Shown one piece after another: positions 20,480-29,329 of a DNA stretch of 64,000 nucleotides. The position numbers and the translations under genes were made by a program. The stretch comes from an uncultured delta proteobacterium (GTDB lineage Bacteria; Desulfobacterota; Binatia; Binatales; Binataceae), in the NCBI GenBank assembly GCA_963765675.1, contig CAVXXK010000006.1:352001-416000 (forward strand). The letters are read 5' to 3'. The notes beneath the pieces were generated by a model. That model was not told the DNA's origin. It did not search any database and saw only the letters and a program-made list of their open reading frames with translations. The first letter of the stretch is position 1, and every line of letters begins with the position of its first letter.

Positions 20480-21403
20480 ATGAGTATCGTGGTGGTCGGC
20501 TCTGTTGCCTATGATTCGCTCGAGACGCCCGGTGGCAACGCGCCCGACGTGCTGGGCGGCTCGGCGACGTATTTTTCGGTGGCGGCGCGTTTTTTCGCAC
20601 CGGTCAGTATCGTCGCGGTGGTGGGCTCCGACTTCAGGCCAGAGTCGCGCCAATTGCTCGTCGATCGGAGCATCGACTTGCGCGGGCTCGAGCAGCGTCC
20701 AGGCAAGACCTTCAGGTGGCACGGGCGCTATCACGAGGACATGAATCATCGCGATACGCTGTTGCTTGCGCTGAACGTATTTGAAACTTTTTCTCCGGTG
20801 CTGCTGCCGGACCAGCGGCGCTGCGATTATTTGTTCCTCGGCAATATTGCGCCCGAGCTGCAGGAACGCGTGCTCGCGCAGGTACAGAGTCCCAAGCTGG
20901 TGGCCGGCGACACGATGAATCACTGGATCGAGAACTTCGGCCCGGAGCTGAAGCGGCTGCTGTCGCATCTGGATATTTTGACGGTGAATGACGAAGAGGC
21001 GCGGATGCTTTCGGGCGAGCACAACCTGGTCAAAGCGGGGCGCGCGATCCTGAAGATGGGGCCGAAGACCGTGCTCGTGAAGCGCGGCGAGTACGGCGTG
21101 CTGCAATTCTCGCGCGAGGCGATGTTCGCGGTGCCGGCCTATCCACTGGAAGAGGTGATCGATCCAACCGGCGCGGGCGATACGTTCGCGGGCGCGTTCA
21201 TGGGCTACCTTGCGCGCAACGGCCGCGTCACCGAAGCCTCGCTGCGCACGGCAGTCGTTTACGGCAGCGTGCTCGCCTCGTTCGTGGTCGAAAAATTCTC
21301 GCTTGACCGCCTGCTCTCGCTGACCTGGGAAGAGATCGACAACCGCTACCGCGCGTTTATCGAACTTACCGACTCGCATCACAGCCGATGGACCTCTCAA
21401 TAG
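20480..21403 (+). CDS. PfkB/ribokinase family kinase
   Basis: GGSATY, NDEE, DPTGAGDTFAG. Confidence 0.92.
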   Translation: MSIVVVGSVAYDSLETPGGNAPDVLGGSATYFSVAARFFAPVSIVAVVGSDFRPESRQLLVDRSIDLRGLEQRPGKTFRWHGRYHEDMNHRDTLLLALNVFETFSPVLLPDQRRCDYLFLGNIAPELQERVLAQVQSPKLVAGDTMNHWIENFGPELKRLLSHLDILTVNDEEARMLSGEHNLVKAGRAILKMGPKTVLVKRGEYGVLQFSREAMFAVPAYPLEEVIDPTGAGDTFAGAFMGYLARNGRVTEASLRTAVVYGSVLASFVVEKFSLDRLLSLTWEEIDNRYRAFIELTDSHHSRWTSQ

Positions 21404-22326
21404 TCGTCCCGCTGTATAACGAGCGCGACAATCTTGGGCCGCTGCATCACGATCTTGCGGCGGTGCTCGAGCCGCTCGGCATCTCGTACGAGATGATCTT
21501 TGTCGACGACGGCTCCGATGACGGCTCGCTCGAAGTGCTGCGCCGCGTCAAGGAATCCGACCCTCACGTTCGTGTGATCCGCCTTGCACGCAACTCGGGC
21601 CAGACCGCGGCGCTCGCCTGCGGATTTACAAACTCGAAGGGCGATATCGTGGTCGCGATCGACGGCGACGGAGAGAACGATCCGAACGATATCCCGCGCC
21701 TGCTCGAGCGCTTCAATGGTGGGTTCGATCTGGTGAGTGGATGGCGCACCGAGCGCTGGAAGGGCGCGCGCCTGACGCGGCGGCTGCCGTCGGTCGCGGC
21801 GAATTCTCTCATCTCGAAAATCACCGGCGTGCGGCTGCACGATTACGGATGCACGCTCAAGGCGTATCGCGGCGACATGGTCCGCCAACTGCGTCTCTAC
21901 GGGGAGATGCACCGCTTCGTCCCCGCGATCGCGGCGGAGCAGGGCGCGCGAATCACCGAGCTGGAAGTGGGCTTCCGCCCGCGGCGCTCCGGCGCCTCGA
22001 AGTACGGACCGGGCCGAATCCTGCGCACGTTTCTGGATCTGATCACGGTCCGATTTCTCTCCGGATACTCGACGCGCCCGATCCAGGTGTTCGGCGCGAT
22101 CGGCGTGGTGCTGGGCGGCTTGGGAACCCTATGGACCGCGTGGCTGGTGTTCGAGAAAATCATTCTGGGGCATCCGCTCGCCGATCGTCCCGCGCTGTTG
22201 CTGGCGGTCCTGCTGGTGGTGGTCGGCGTGCAGTTGGTCAGTATCGGGCTTCTGGGAGAGATGCTCGCGCGGACCTATCACGAGTCGCAGAACAAGCAGA
22301 TTTACGTGATCAAGGAAGAGTTCTAA
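21388..22326 (+). CDS. GT2 polyprenol-phosphate glycosyltransferase (ArnC/DPM1-like)
   Basis: VVPLYNE, VDDGSDD, DGDGENDP, two C-terminal transmembrane helices. Confidence 0.9.
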   Translation: MDLSIVVPLYNERDNLGPLHHDLAAVLEPLGISYEMIFVDDGSDDGSLEVLRRVKESDPHVRVIRLARNSGQTAALACGFTNSKGDIVVAIDGDGENDPNDIPRLLERFNGGFDLVSGWRTERWKGARLTRRLPSVAANSLISKITGVRLHDYGCTLKAYRGDMVRQLRLYGEMHRFVPAIAAEQGARITELEVGFRPRRSGASKYGPGRILRTFLDLITVRFLSGYSTRPIQVFGAIGVVLGGLGTLWTAWLVFEKIILGHPLADRPALLLAVLLVVVGVQLVSIGLLGEMLARTYHESQNKQIYVIKEEF

Positions 22327-22341
22327 GGCGAGACGATCCCT

Positions 22342-23650
22342 ATGAATATTGCAGTCATCGGCACCGGCTATGTCGGGCTGGTCAGCGGGACTTGCTACGC
22401 AGAGAGCGGCAACGAGGTGATCTGCGTCGATATCGACGCCAAGCGAATCGCCGCGTTGAACGAGGGCAAGGTTCCGATCTACGAGCCGGGCCTCGAAGAG
22501 CTGGTCCGCCGCAACAGCAAGGAAGGCCGGTTGCAGTTCACGCTCGACACCGCTGAGGCAGTCGCGCAATCGATGGTTTCGTTTATCGCGGTCGGCACGC
22601 CGATGAGCAAATCGGGCGCCGCCGATCTGAGCGGCGTGTTCAAGGCGGTCGAGGACGTCGCCAAATCAGTCACCGGCTATCACGTGATCGTGATCAAGAG
22701 CACCGTTCCGGTCGGCACCAATGAAAAAGTACGCGAGCTCCTCACGCGGATGGGAAAGCATCAGGTGGACGTCTGCTCGGTGCCGGAATTTCTGAAGGAA
22801 GGCTCGGCGGTCGAGGACTTCATGCGTCCGGACCGCGTCATAATCGGCAGCCGCAGCGACCGCGCGACCGCGATCCTGCGCGAGATTCACGCGCCGTTTG
22901 TCCGCACCGATAATCCGATCCTCGTGATGGATCCGAAATCGGCGGAGTTATCGAAGTACGCCGCCAACTCGATGCTGGCGATCAGGATCTCGTTTATCAA
23001 TCAGATCGCGAATCTGTGCGACGCGGTCGGTGCGGATATCAACGCGGTGCGGCGCGGCCTCGGCTCCGATCGGCGGATCGGCTCGCAGTTCCTGTTTCCC
23101 GGGCGTCGGTTATGGCGGCTCGTGCTTTCCCAAGGACGTGCAGGCGCTGATTCATACCGCGTCGGAGAACAAGCTGAATTTTTCACTGCTCAAGGCCGCT
23201 CAGGAGATTAACGCCGGGCAGAAACGCGTACTGCCGATTCGTGTGAAGGAGCATTTCGGCGACGACCTGACCGGAAGGACCTTCGCGATCTGGGGCCTCG
23301 CGTTCAAGCCGCGCACCGATGATATGCGCGAAGCCCCGTCGCTGGTGGTGATCGACGAACTGGTCGCGGCGGGCGCGAAGGTTCAGGTCCACGATCCCGA
23401 GTCACTCGAGAACGCGCGCGCGATGCTCGGTGCTCGCGTGAGCTACCACAAAACCAATTACGCGGCATTAAAGGGCGCCGACGCGCTCCTGATATGCACC
23501 GAATGGAACGAATTCCGCCATCCGAATTTCCAGCGGATAAAGGCCGAGCTCAAACAGCCGGTGATATTCGACGGCCGTAACCTGTATGATCCAGATCTCA
23601 TGAAAGCGCTGGATTTCAAATACTACTCGATCGGACGCTCCCCGGTCTGA
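22342..23650 (+). CDS. ugd: UDP-glucose 6-dehydrogenase (one +1 frameshift near 23100, probably a sequencing error)
   Basis: GTGYVG, PEFLKEG, KYAAN in the first frame; GYGGSCFPKD and AFKPRTDDMRE continue in the next frame after TTTCCCGGG. Confidence 0.9.
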
Positions 23651-23667
23651 GTGCGGAAGACCTCACG

Positions 23668-24601
23668 ATGCGAATTCTCGTAACCGGCGGCGCGGGCTTT
23701 ATCGGGTCGCATACTGTCGATGCGCTGATCAAAGAGGGCGCAGGCGACGTCGCGATCCTCGACGATCTGTCGGCCGGCAAGCGCCATCAGGTCAATCCGA
23801 AGGCGCGGCTGCATCAGGTGGATCTTCGCGACGCGCCCGCGGTGAGAGAGGTCATCGCACGCGAGCGTCCCGAGGCGATTTACCATATGGCCGCGCAGAT
23901 GGACGTGCGGCGCTCCGTTGCGGACCCGGCCTTCGATGCGCAGGTTAATATCGTCGGATTCCTCAACCTGATTGAGGCCGCCCGCAAGCATGGACTGAAG
24001 CGCGTGATGTTTTCCTCGACCGGAGGAGCGATCTACGGCGAGCAGGATACGTTCCCCGCCGGCGAAGAGCATCCGTGCCGCCCGGTCAGTCCTTACGGAA
24101 TCGCCAAGCTATCGACCGAGGCATATCTGTTTTTCTACCGCGTGGAGTACGGAATCGATTACCTGGCGCTGCGCTACGGCAACGTCTATGGGCCGCGCCA
24201 GGATCCTCACGGCGAGGCCGGCGTGGTCGCGATTTTCAGCGGACGAATTCTCGAAGGGCAAACCGTGCACGATTTATGGCGACGGCTCGCAGACGCGCGA
24301 CTACGTTTTCGTGGGCGACGTGGTGCGCGCCAATGTCGCTGCGCTCAGTGCCAAGGCGTCCGGGATCGCGATCAATATCGGCACCGGAATTGAAACCAGC
24401 GTCAACGATCTCTACTCGAACCTTGCGTCGATAGCGGATTTTCCGACCGCCGCGGAGCATGGTCCAGCGCGGCCCGGCGAGCAGAAACGCTCGGTGATCT
24501 CGCCTGCGCGCGCGGAGAAAGAGCTCGGATGGCGTCCGACGGCGGCGCTGCGCGACGGGCTGGCCGAGACCTTCAAATACTTCAAGGCGCACAGAAAGTA
24601 G
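23668..24601 (+). CDS. NAD-dependent epimerase/dehydratase (UDP-glucose 4-epimerase-like); frameshift near 24256
   Basis: TGGAGFIG, YGIAK, YGNVYGP; IYGDGSQTRDYVFV continues in a shifted frame after GAAGGGCAAA. Confidence 0.88.
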
Positions 24602-24610
24602 CGGGCCTCA

Positions 24611-26413
24611 ATGACGGACCCGGCATCGATTCGCAATTTTTCGATTATCGCGCATATCGATCACGGCAAATCCACGCTTGCCGATCGATTGTTGGAGCGC
24701 ACCGGTGCGCTCACCAAGCGCGAGTTGAAGGAACAGTTCCTCGACTCGATGGACTTGGAGCGTGAGCGCGGCATCACGATCAAAGCGCGCAGCGTGCGCC
24801 TGTCCTACACTTCGCGTGCGGGCAAAACCTACGTGCTCAACCTGATCGACACTCCCGGCCACGTGGATTTCGCCTACGAGGTCTCGCGCAGCCTGGCCGC
24901 GTGCGAGGGCGCGCTGCTGGTCGTCGACGCGAGCCAGGGGGTCGAGGCGCAGACGCTGGCCAATGTTTACCTCGCGCTCGATCACGGGCTTGAAATTATC
25001 CCGGTGATCAACAAGATCGATCTGCCCGGCGCCGACGTCGAGCGAACCCGCCAGCAGATCGAGGAAGTGATCGGCCTGCCCGCCGATGACGCGATTCTAA
25101 CCAGCGCGAAAGAGGGCGTCGGCATCGACGACGTGCTCGAGGCGATCGTAGCGAGAATTCCCGCACCCAAGGCAAATCGCGACGAGCCGCTGCGCGCTCT
25201 CATCTTCGATAGCTGGTACGACAGCTACGAAGGCGTGGTCGGACTGGTGCGCGTCACCAGCGGCGAGCTTCGCCCCGAAATGAAGATCCGCCTCATGGCG
25301 ACGGGTGCGGCGGGCGAAGTGATGCGCCTGGGTCATTTCACACCGCACGAGCAATCCGCCGACATGCTCGGCCCGGGCGAGGTCGGCTACGTCGTCGCGG
25401 GAATCAAGACCGTCGCTGACATGCGCGTGGGCGACACGGTCACCGACGCGGAGCATCCGGCGGCCGAGCCGCTTCCCGGCTTCAAGGAACTCAAGCCGAT
25501 GGTCTTCGCCGGGCTCTACCCGACCGAGGCGAACCAGTATCCCGCTCTGCGCGACGCGATCGAGAAGCTGACGCTCAACGACGCGAGCCTCATCTGCGAG
25601 CCGGAATCCTCGCAGGCGCTGGGCTTCGGCTTCCGCGCCGGATTCCTCGGGTTGCTGCACATGGAGATCGCGCAGGAGCGGCTCGAGCGCGAATTCGGAA
25701 TCAACCTGATCGTCACCGCGCCCACCGTCGCCTACCAGATTCGCACGACTTCCGGTACGACCATGATGGTTGATAATCCGGCGCTGCTTCCGCCCGAGAA
25801 TTCGATCGAGGCGATCGAGGAGCCGTTCATCATCTCGTCGATTCACATGCCCGAGGAATTTTTGGGCGCGGTGATGAAGCTGTGCGAGGACCGCCGCGGC
25901 CTGCAGCGCGATCTCAAGTACCTGGGCGACAAGCGCGTTATCCTGCACTACGAGCTTCCGCTGGCGGAGATTGTGTTCGACTTCTACGACCGGCTCAAAT
26001 CGGTCAGCCGCGGCTACGCGTCGCTCGATTATGACTTTCTGGACTTCCGGTCCGGGCCTCTGGTTAAATTGGATATCAGGATCAACGGTGAGATAATCGA
26101 CGCGCTCTCGATAATTGTGCATCGCGACAAGGCCTACGAACGAGGCCGCGCGCTTTGCTCGAAGATGCGCGAGCTGATTCCGCGCCAGATGTTCGAGGTC
26201 GCGATTCAAGCCGCGATCGGCGCCAAGATTATCGCGCGGGAAACCGTAAGCGCACTGCGCAAGAACGTCACCGCGAAATGCTACGGCGGCGATATCACGC
26301 GCAAACGCAAACTCCTCGAGAAGCAGAAGGAAGGCAAAAAGCGGATGAAGCAAGTCGGCCGCGTCGAAATTCCGCAGGAGGCCTTCCTGGCCCTGCTGAA
26401 GGTCGGGGAGTAA
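24611..26413 (+). CDS. lepA: Elongation factor 4
   Basis: [36 protein letters not shown]. Confidence 0.98.
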   Translation: MTDPASIRNFSIIAHIDHGKSTLADRLLERTGALTKRELKEQFLDSMDLERERGITIKARSVRLSYTSRAGKTYVLNLIDTPGHVDFAYEVSRSLAACEGALLVVDASQGVEAQTLANVYLALDHGLEIIPVINKIDLPGADVERTRQQIEEVIGLPADDAILTSAKEGVGIDDVLEAIVARIPAPKANRDEPLRALIFDSWYDSYEGVVGLVRVTSGELRPEMKIRLMATGAAGEVMRLGHFTPHEQSADMLGPGEVGYVVAGIKTVADMRVGDTVTDAEHPAAEPLPGFKELKPMVFAGLYPTEANQYPALRDAIEKLTLNDASLICEPESSQALGFGFRAGFLGLLHMEIAQERLEREFGINLIVTAPTVAYQIRTTSGTTMMVDNPALLPPENSIEAIEEPFIISSIHMPEEFLGAVMKLCEDRRGLQRDLKYLGDKRVILHYELPLAEIVFDFYDRLKSVSRGYASLDYDFLDFRSGPLVKLDIRINGEIIDALSIIVHRDKAYERGRALCSKMRELIPRQMFEVAIQAAIGAKIIARETVSALRKNVTAKCYGGDITRKRKLLEKQKEGKKRMKQVGRVEIPQEAFLALLKVGE

Positions 26414-26418
26414 CCGCG

Positions 26419-27126
26419 GTGAGCGAACCCCTGCGCTCCGCTGAGCGCCGCGAAGTCGCCGCGAGGGCGGTTCCCGCTGCGCGAAAGTCGGTCCTGCGCG
26501 AGTACGGCGAGGCGCTCGGAATCGCGCTGCTCCTGGCGATTCTGATCCGCACTTTCTTTATCCAGGCCTACGAAATTCCGTCGGGTTCGATGGAGCCGAC
26601 GCTGCTGGTCGGCGATCATATCCTGGCCAACAAGCTGGTCTATGGTTTCCGGATGCCGGATTCGATCTTCGGCCTGACTCCCTTCGGTCTGCCTTACGGG
26701 CACTATCTCTTTCGCTTTGAGCCGATTCATCGCGGCGACGTGGTCGTGTTCGTCTATCCGCGCAACCCGAGCGAGGACTATATCAAGCGCGTAGTCGGAA
26801 TCGCGGGCGACGTTGTCCAGATCAAGGACGGCAAGGTATGGCTCAACGGCGCGCCGATGGACGATCCGCACGGGCACTTCGAAGTGCCCGACGCCGACCG
26901 CTCAACCTCGCAGGTGCGCGACTACTTCGGTCCGGTCACCGTGCCGCCGGGCAATCTGTTCATGATGGGCGATAATCGCGACGATAGCTCTGACAGCCGC
27001 TTCTGGGGCTTCGCGCCCGAGGAAAATGTCGAAGGCCGTGCGATGGTGATCTACTGGTCGTGGGACAGCGACGAGGGTGGTATCCTGCCACTGCGATGGT
27101 CGCGTTTCGGGATGCCGGTCCGGTAG
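26419..27126 (+). CDS. lepB: Signal peptidase I (copy 1)
   Basis: GTG start 26419; IPSGSMEPTL, YIKR, GDNRDDSSDSR. Confidence 0.92.
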   Translation: MSEPLRSAERREVAARAVPAARKSVLREYGEALGIALLLAILIRTFFIQAYEIPSGSMEPTLLVGDHILANKLVYGFRMPDSIFGLTPFGLPYGHYLFRFEPIHRGDVVVFVYPRNPSEDYIKRVVGIAGDVVQIKDGKVWLNGAPMDDPHGHFEVPDADRSTSQVRDYFGPVTVPPGNLFMMGDNRDDSSDSRFWGFAPEENVEGRAMVIYWSWDSDEGGILPLRWSRFGMPVR

Positions 27127-27212
27127 GATTGCACGGCACGCGGCAGAGTCGTCAGGAAAGGCGCTGATGATTGATCAGGAATGTATCGCGGAGATGGCGG
27201 AGTAGGGTGGCG

Positions 27213-27962
27213 ATGGGCGAGCCGTTGCGTACGCTGAAGCCTTCCGCGAAGCCGTCGGGATCGTCGCGCCCGGCGCCGCCGCCGGCGCAGAAATCGATCA
27301 CCCGCGAGTACGTCGAGGCGCTCGTGATCGCGCTGCTTCTCGCGGTCGTGATCCGGACGTTTTTCGTCCAGGCCTACAAGATTCCTTCCGGATCGATGGA
27401 GCCCACGCTGCTGGTGGGCGACCACATTCTCGTCAACAAGCTTATCTACGGCTTGCGAATGCCCGATACGCTCTTCGGGATCGACATTGGGTCAGCGCCC
27501 TTCGGCAGGTACCTGTTTCGAATTGAACCGATTCATCATGGCGACGTGGTGGTGTTCGTGTTCCCACCCGACCCGACCAAAGACTTTATCAAGCGGGTGA
27601 TCGGACTTCCGGGCGACATTGTTGCGGTCAAGAATGGCAAAGTATGGCTCAACGGCGCACTGATGCCCGATCCTCACGCGCATTTCGAGGTGCCAGACGC
27701 CGAACGCTCAGCCGTCTCGCCTCGTGACAACTTTCCGCAGATCGGCACGGGAGCCGACACGCTCGGCGCGGTGACCGTTCCGCCGGGAAAGATTTTCGTG
27801 ATGGGGGATAATCGCGATCGGAGCTACGATAGCCGCTTCTGGGGTTTCGTCCCGGAAGACAATGTCGAAGGGCGCGCGATGATTATCTACTGGTCGTGGG
27901 ACTCCGATGGCAGCAGCTTTCTGCCTGTCAGATGGTCGCGCTTCGGGATGATTGTCGAATAG
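27213..27962 (+). CDS. lepB: Signal peptidase I (copy 2)
   Basis: IPSGSMEPTL, FIKR, GDNRDRSYDSR. Confidence 0.93.
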   Translation: MGEPLRTLKPSAKPSGSSRPAPPPAQKSITREYVEALVIALLLAVVIRTFFVQAYKIPSGSMEPTLLVGDHILVNKLIYGLRMPDTLFGIDIGSAPFGRYLFRIEPIHHGDVVVFVFPPDPTKDFIKRVIGLPGDIVAVKNGKVWLNGALMPDPHAHFEVPDAERSAVSPRDNFPQIGTGADTLGAVTVPPGKIFVMGDNRDRSYDSRFWGFVPEDNVEGRAMIIYWSWDSDGSSFLPVRWSRFGMIVE

Positions 27963-27978
27963 CCGAAAGGAGCGTCGT

Positions 27979-28557
27979 GTGGCTGCTGCTGAAGATGGCG
28001 TAACAAGAATCGGCGCGATGCTTGAAGAGATGAGCGCGCGCTTCGAACTGGTAATCGAAGCGGTGTCGGGCTACGGCGGCCGTCTCGATGCGCTGCGCCA
28101 GGAGCTCTTCGCCCAATTCGCCGAGGTTGGAAGCCAGATCCGCTTTCTCTCGGATCAGATCGGCGAGAATCGGCGCGGAATCGCGACCATCCGGGCCGAC
28201 CTCGGCGCGGAGATGGTCCGCCTGGGCGAGACGCTGGGCCGCACCCGCGTCGAGTTTCGCGAACAGATCGGAGCCGCCGAGCGCGCGCTGCAGCAGGAGA
28301 TCGGCGCACGCGCCGCCGAGTCGCGCGAGCATACCACCGCCGCAACGGTCCGCGCCGCCGACGATACCGGCGCGAAACTCGGCGAAATCACGGGCACCGC
28401 CGCCAAAAAAATCACCGCCGAGCTCGCCAAGACCAACAAGGCGCTGACGAGCCTCGCGCGCAAATTCGAGCGCTTCGACGATCGAATCACGGTAGCGACC
28501 CGCGACCAGGACCAGCGCCTCCGCAAACTGGAGCAGCGCCGCAAATCCGCGGGCTGA
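27979..28557 (+). CDS. Hypothetical coiled-coil protein
   Basis: GTG preceded by AAGGAG; heptad-rich helical sequence. Confidence 0.7.
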   Translation: MAAAEDGVTRIGAMLEEMSARFELVIEAVSGYGGRLDALRQELFAQFAEVGSQIRFLSDQIGENRRGIATIRADLGAEMVRLGETLGRTRVEFREQIGAAERALQQEIGARAAESREHTTAATVRAADDTGAKLGEITGTAAKKITAELAKTNKALTSLARKFERFDDRITVATRDQDQRLRKLEQRRKSAG

Positions 28558-28581
28558 TCAGGAGGCGGTTCTTTTTCGTCA

Positions 28582-28618
28582 TCCCCCGTGTTTTACGGGG
28601 GAGGAATAAGGAGGGGGT
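28582..28618. repeat. Short palindrome TCCCCCGT-N5-ACGGGGGA followed by GAGGGGGT (REP-like)
   Basis: 8-bp stem 28582-28589/28595-28602; architecture resembles the 718-793 element in the opposite orientation. Confidence 0.4.
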
Positions 28619-28660
28619 GCAGCGCTTGATTTTCTGAGGCGACAGCGTAATAGTAGTCCT

Positions 28661-28693
28661 ACCTTTAATCCGTTACTGAGATAGCGGGAAGGT
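28661..28693 (+). promoter_or_regulatory. PyrR-binding RNA stem-loop (anti-antiterminator)
   Basis: ACCTTTAA-T-CCGTTA-CTGAGA-TAGCGG-GAAGGT: U-rich CUUUAA lower stem, CNGNGA hexaloop and GAAGG closing strand, directly upstream of pyrR. Confidence 0.8.
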
Positions 28694-28724
28694 TAACATG
28701 ATGAATTTCCCTAGCTTTGGCGTA

Positions 28725-28755
28725 CCCGGCTGCATCTGCGGTCGGGATTTTTTTT
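28725..28755 (+). terminator. Intrinsic attenuator terminator of the pyr leader
   Basis: CCCGGCTGCA-TC-TGCGGTCGGG hairpin followed by A and a T8 run. Confidence 0.85.
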
Positions 28756-28786
28756 CGCTCCGAGCGCTTCCGGCAGGGCTCTCACG

Positions 28787-29329
28787 ATGACGCCCAAGCC
28801 GGAAGTCGCGCTCGACGCCAATGCGATCGCGCGTTCGGTCAAGCGAATCGCGCATGAGATTGTCGAGCATAGTGATGGCGCAGGTGCGCTCGTGCTGATC
28901 GGAATCGTGCGCCGCGGTGCGTTCCTGGCCGAGCGAATCGCGGCGGAATTGATACGCGCAGGCCATACCGAGATCCCTGTCGGCACGCTCGATATTTCGT
29001 CTTATCGCGACGACGGCAAAGGCGCGCCCGGCGACCCGCGCCTGCTCGCCCGCGATATCCCGTTTTCGCTCGACGACAAGCGCGTCGTGCTGGTGGATGA
29101 CGTCCTCTACACCGGACGCACCGTGCGCGCCGCACTCGATGCGCTGTCCGACCTCGGGCGGGCTGATTCGATTCAGCTAGCGGTGCTGGTCGATCGCGGC
29201 GAGCGCGAACTTCCTATCCGCGCCGACTTTATCGGCAAGAATATCCAGGCCCCGGCCGGGCAGCGGGTCTATGTCCGGCTGGCCGAGGTTGACGGAACCG
29301 ACGCGGTCGTGGTCGGCAACGGAAAATGA
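28787..29329 (+). CDS. pyrR: Pyrimidine operon attenuation protein / uracil phosphoribosyltransferase
   Basis: KRIAHEI, LDISSYRDD, VDDVLYTGRT, RELPIRADFIGK. Confidence 0.95.
   Translation: MTPKPEVALDANAIARSVKRIAHEIVEHSDGAGALVLIGIVRRGAFLAERIAAELIRAGHTEIPVGTLDISSYRDDGKGAPGDPRLLARDIPFSLDDKRVVLVDDVLYTGRTVRAALDALSDLGRADSIQLAVLVDRGERELPIRADFIGKNIQAPAGQRVYVRLAEVDGTDAVVVGNGK

Noticed and set aside
26155-26418. Long N-terminal extension of lepB copy 1 overlapping lepA
   Set aside because: Alternate-frame read-through of lepA; the GTG at 26419 aligns with the start of copy 2.
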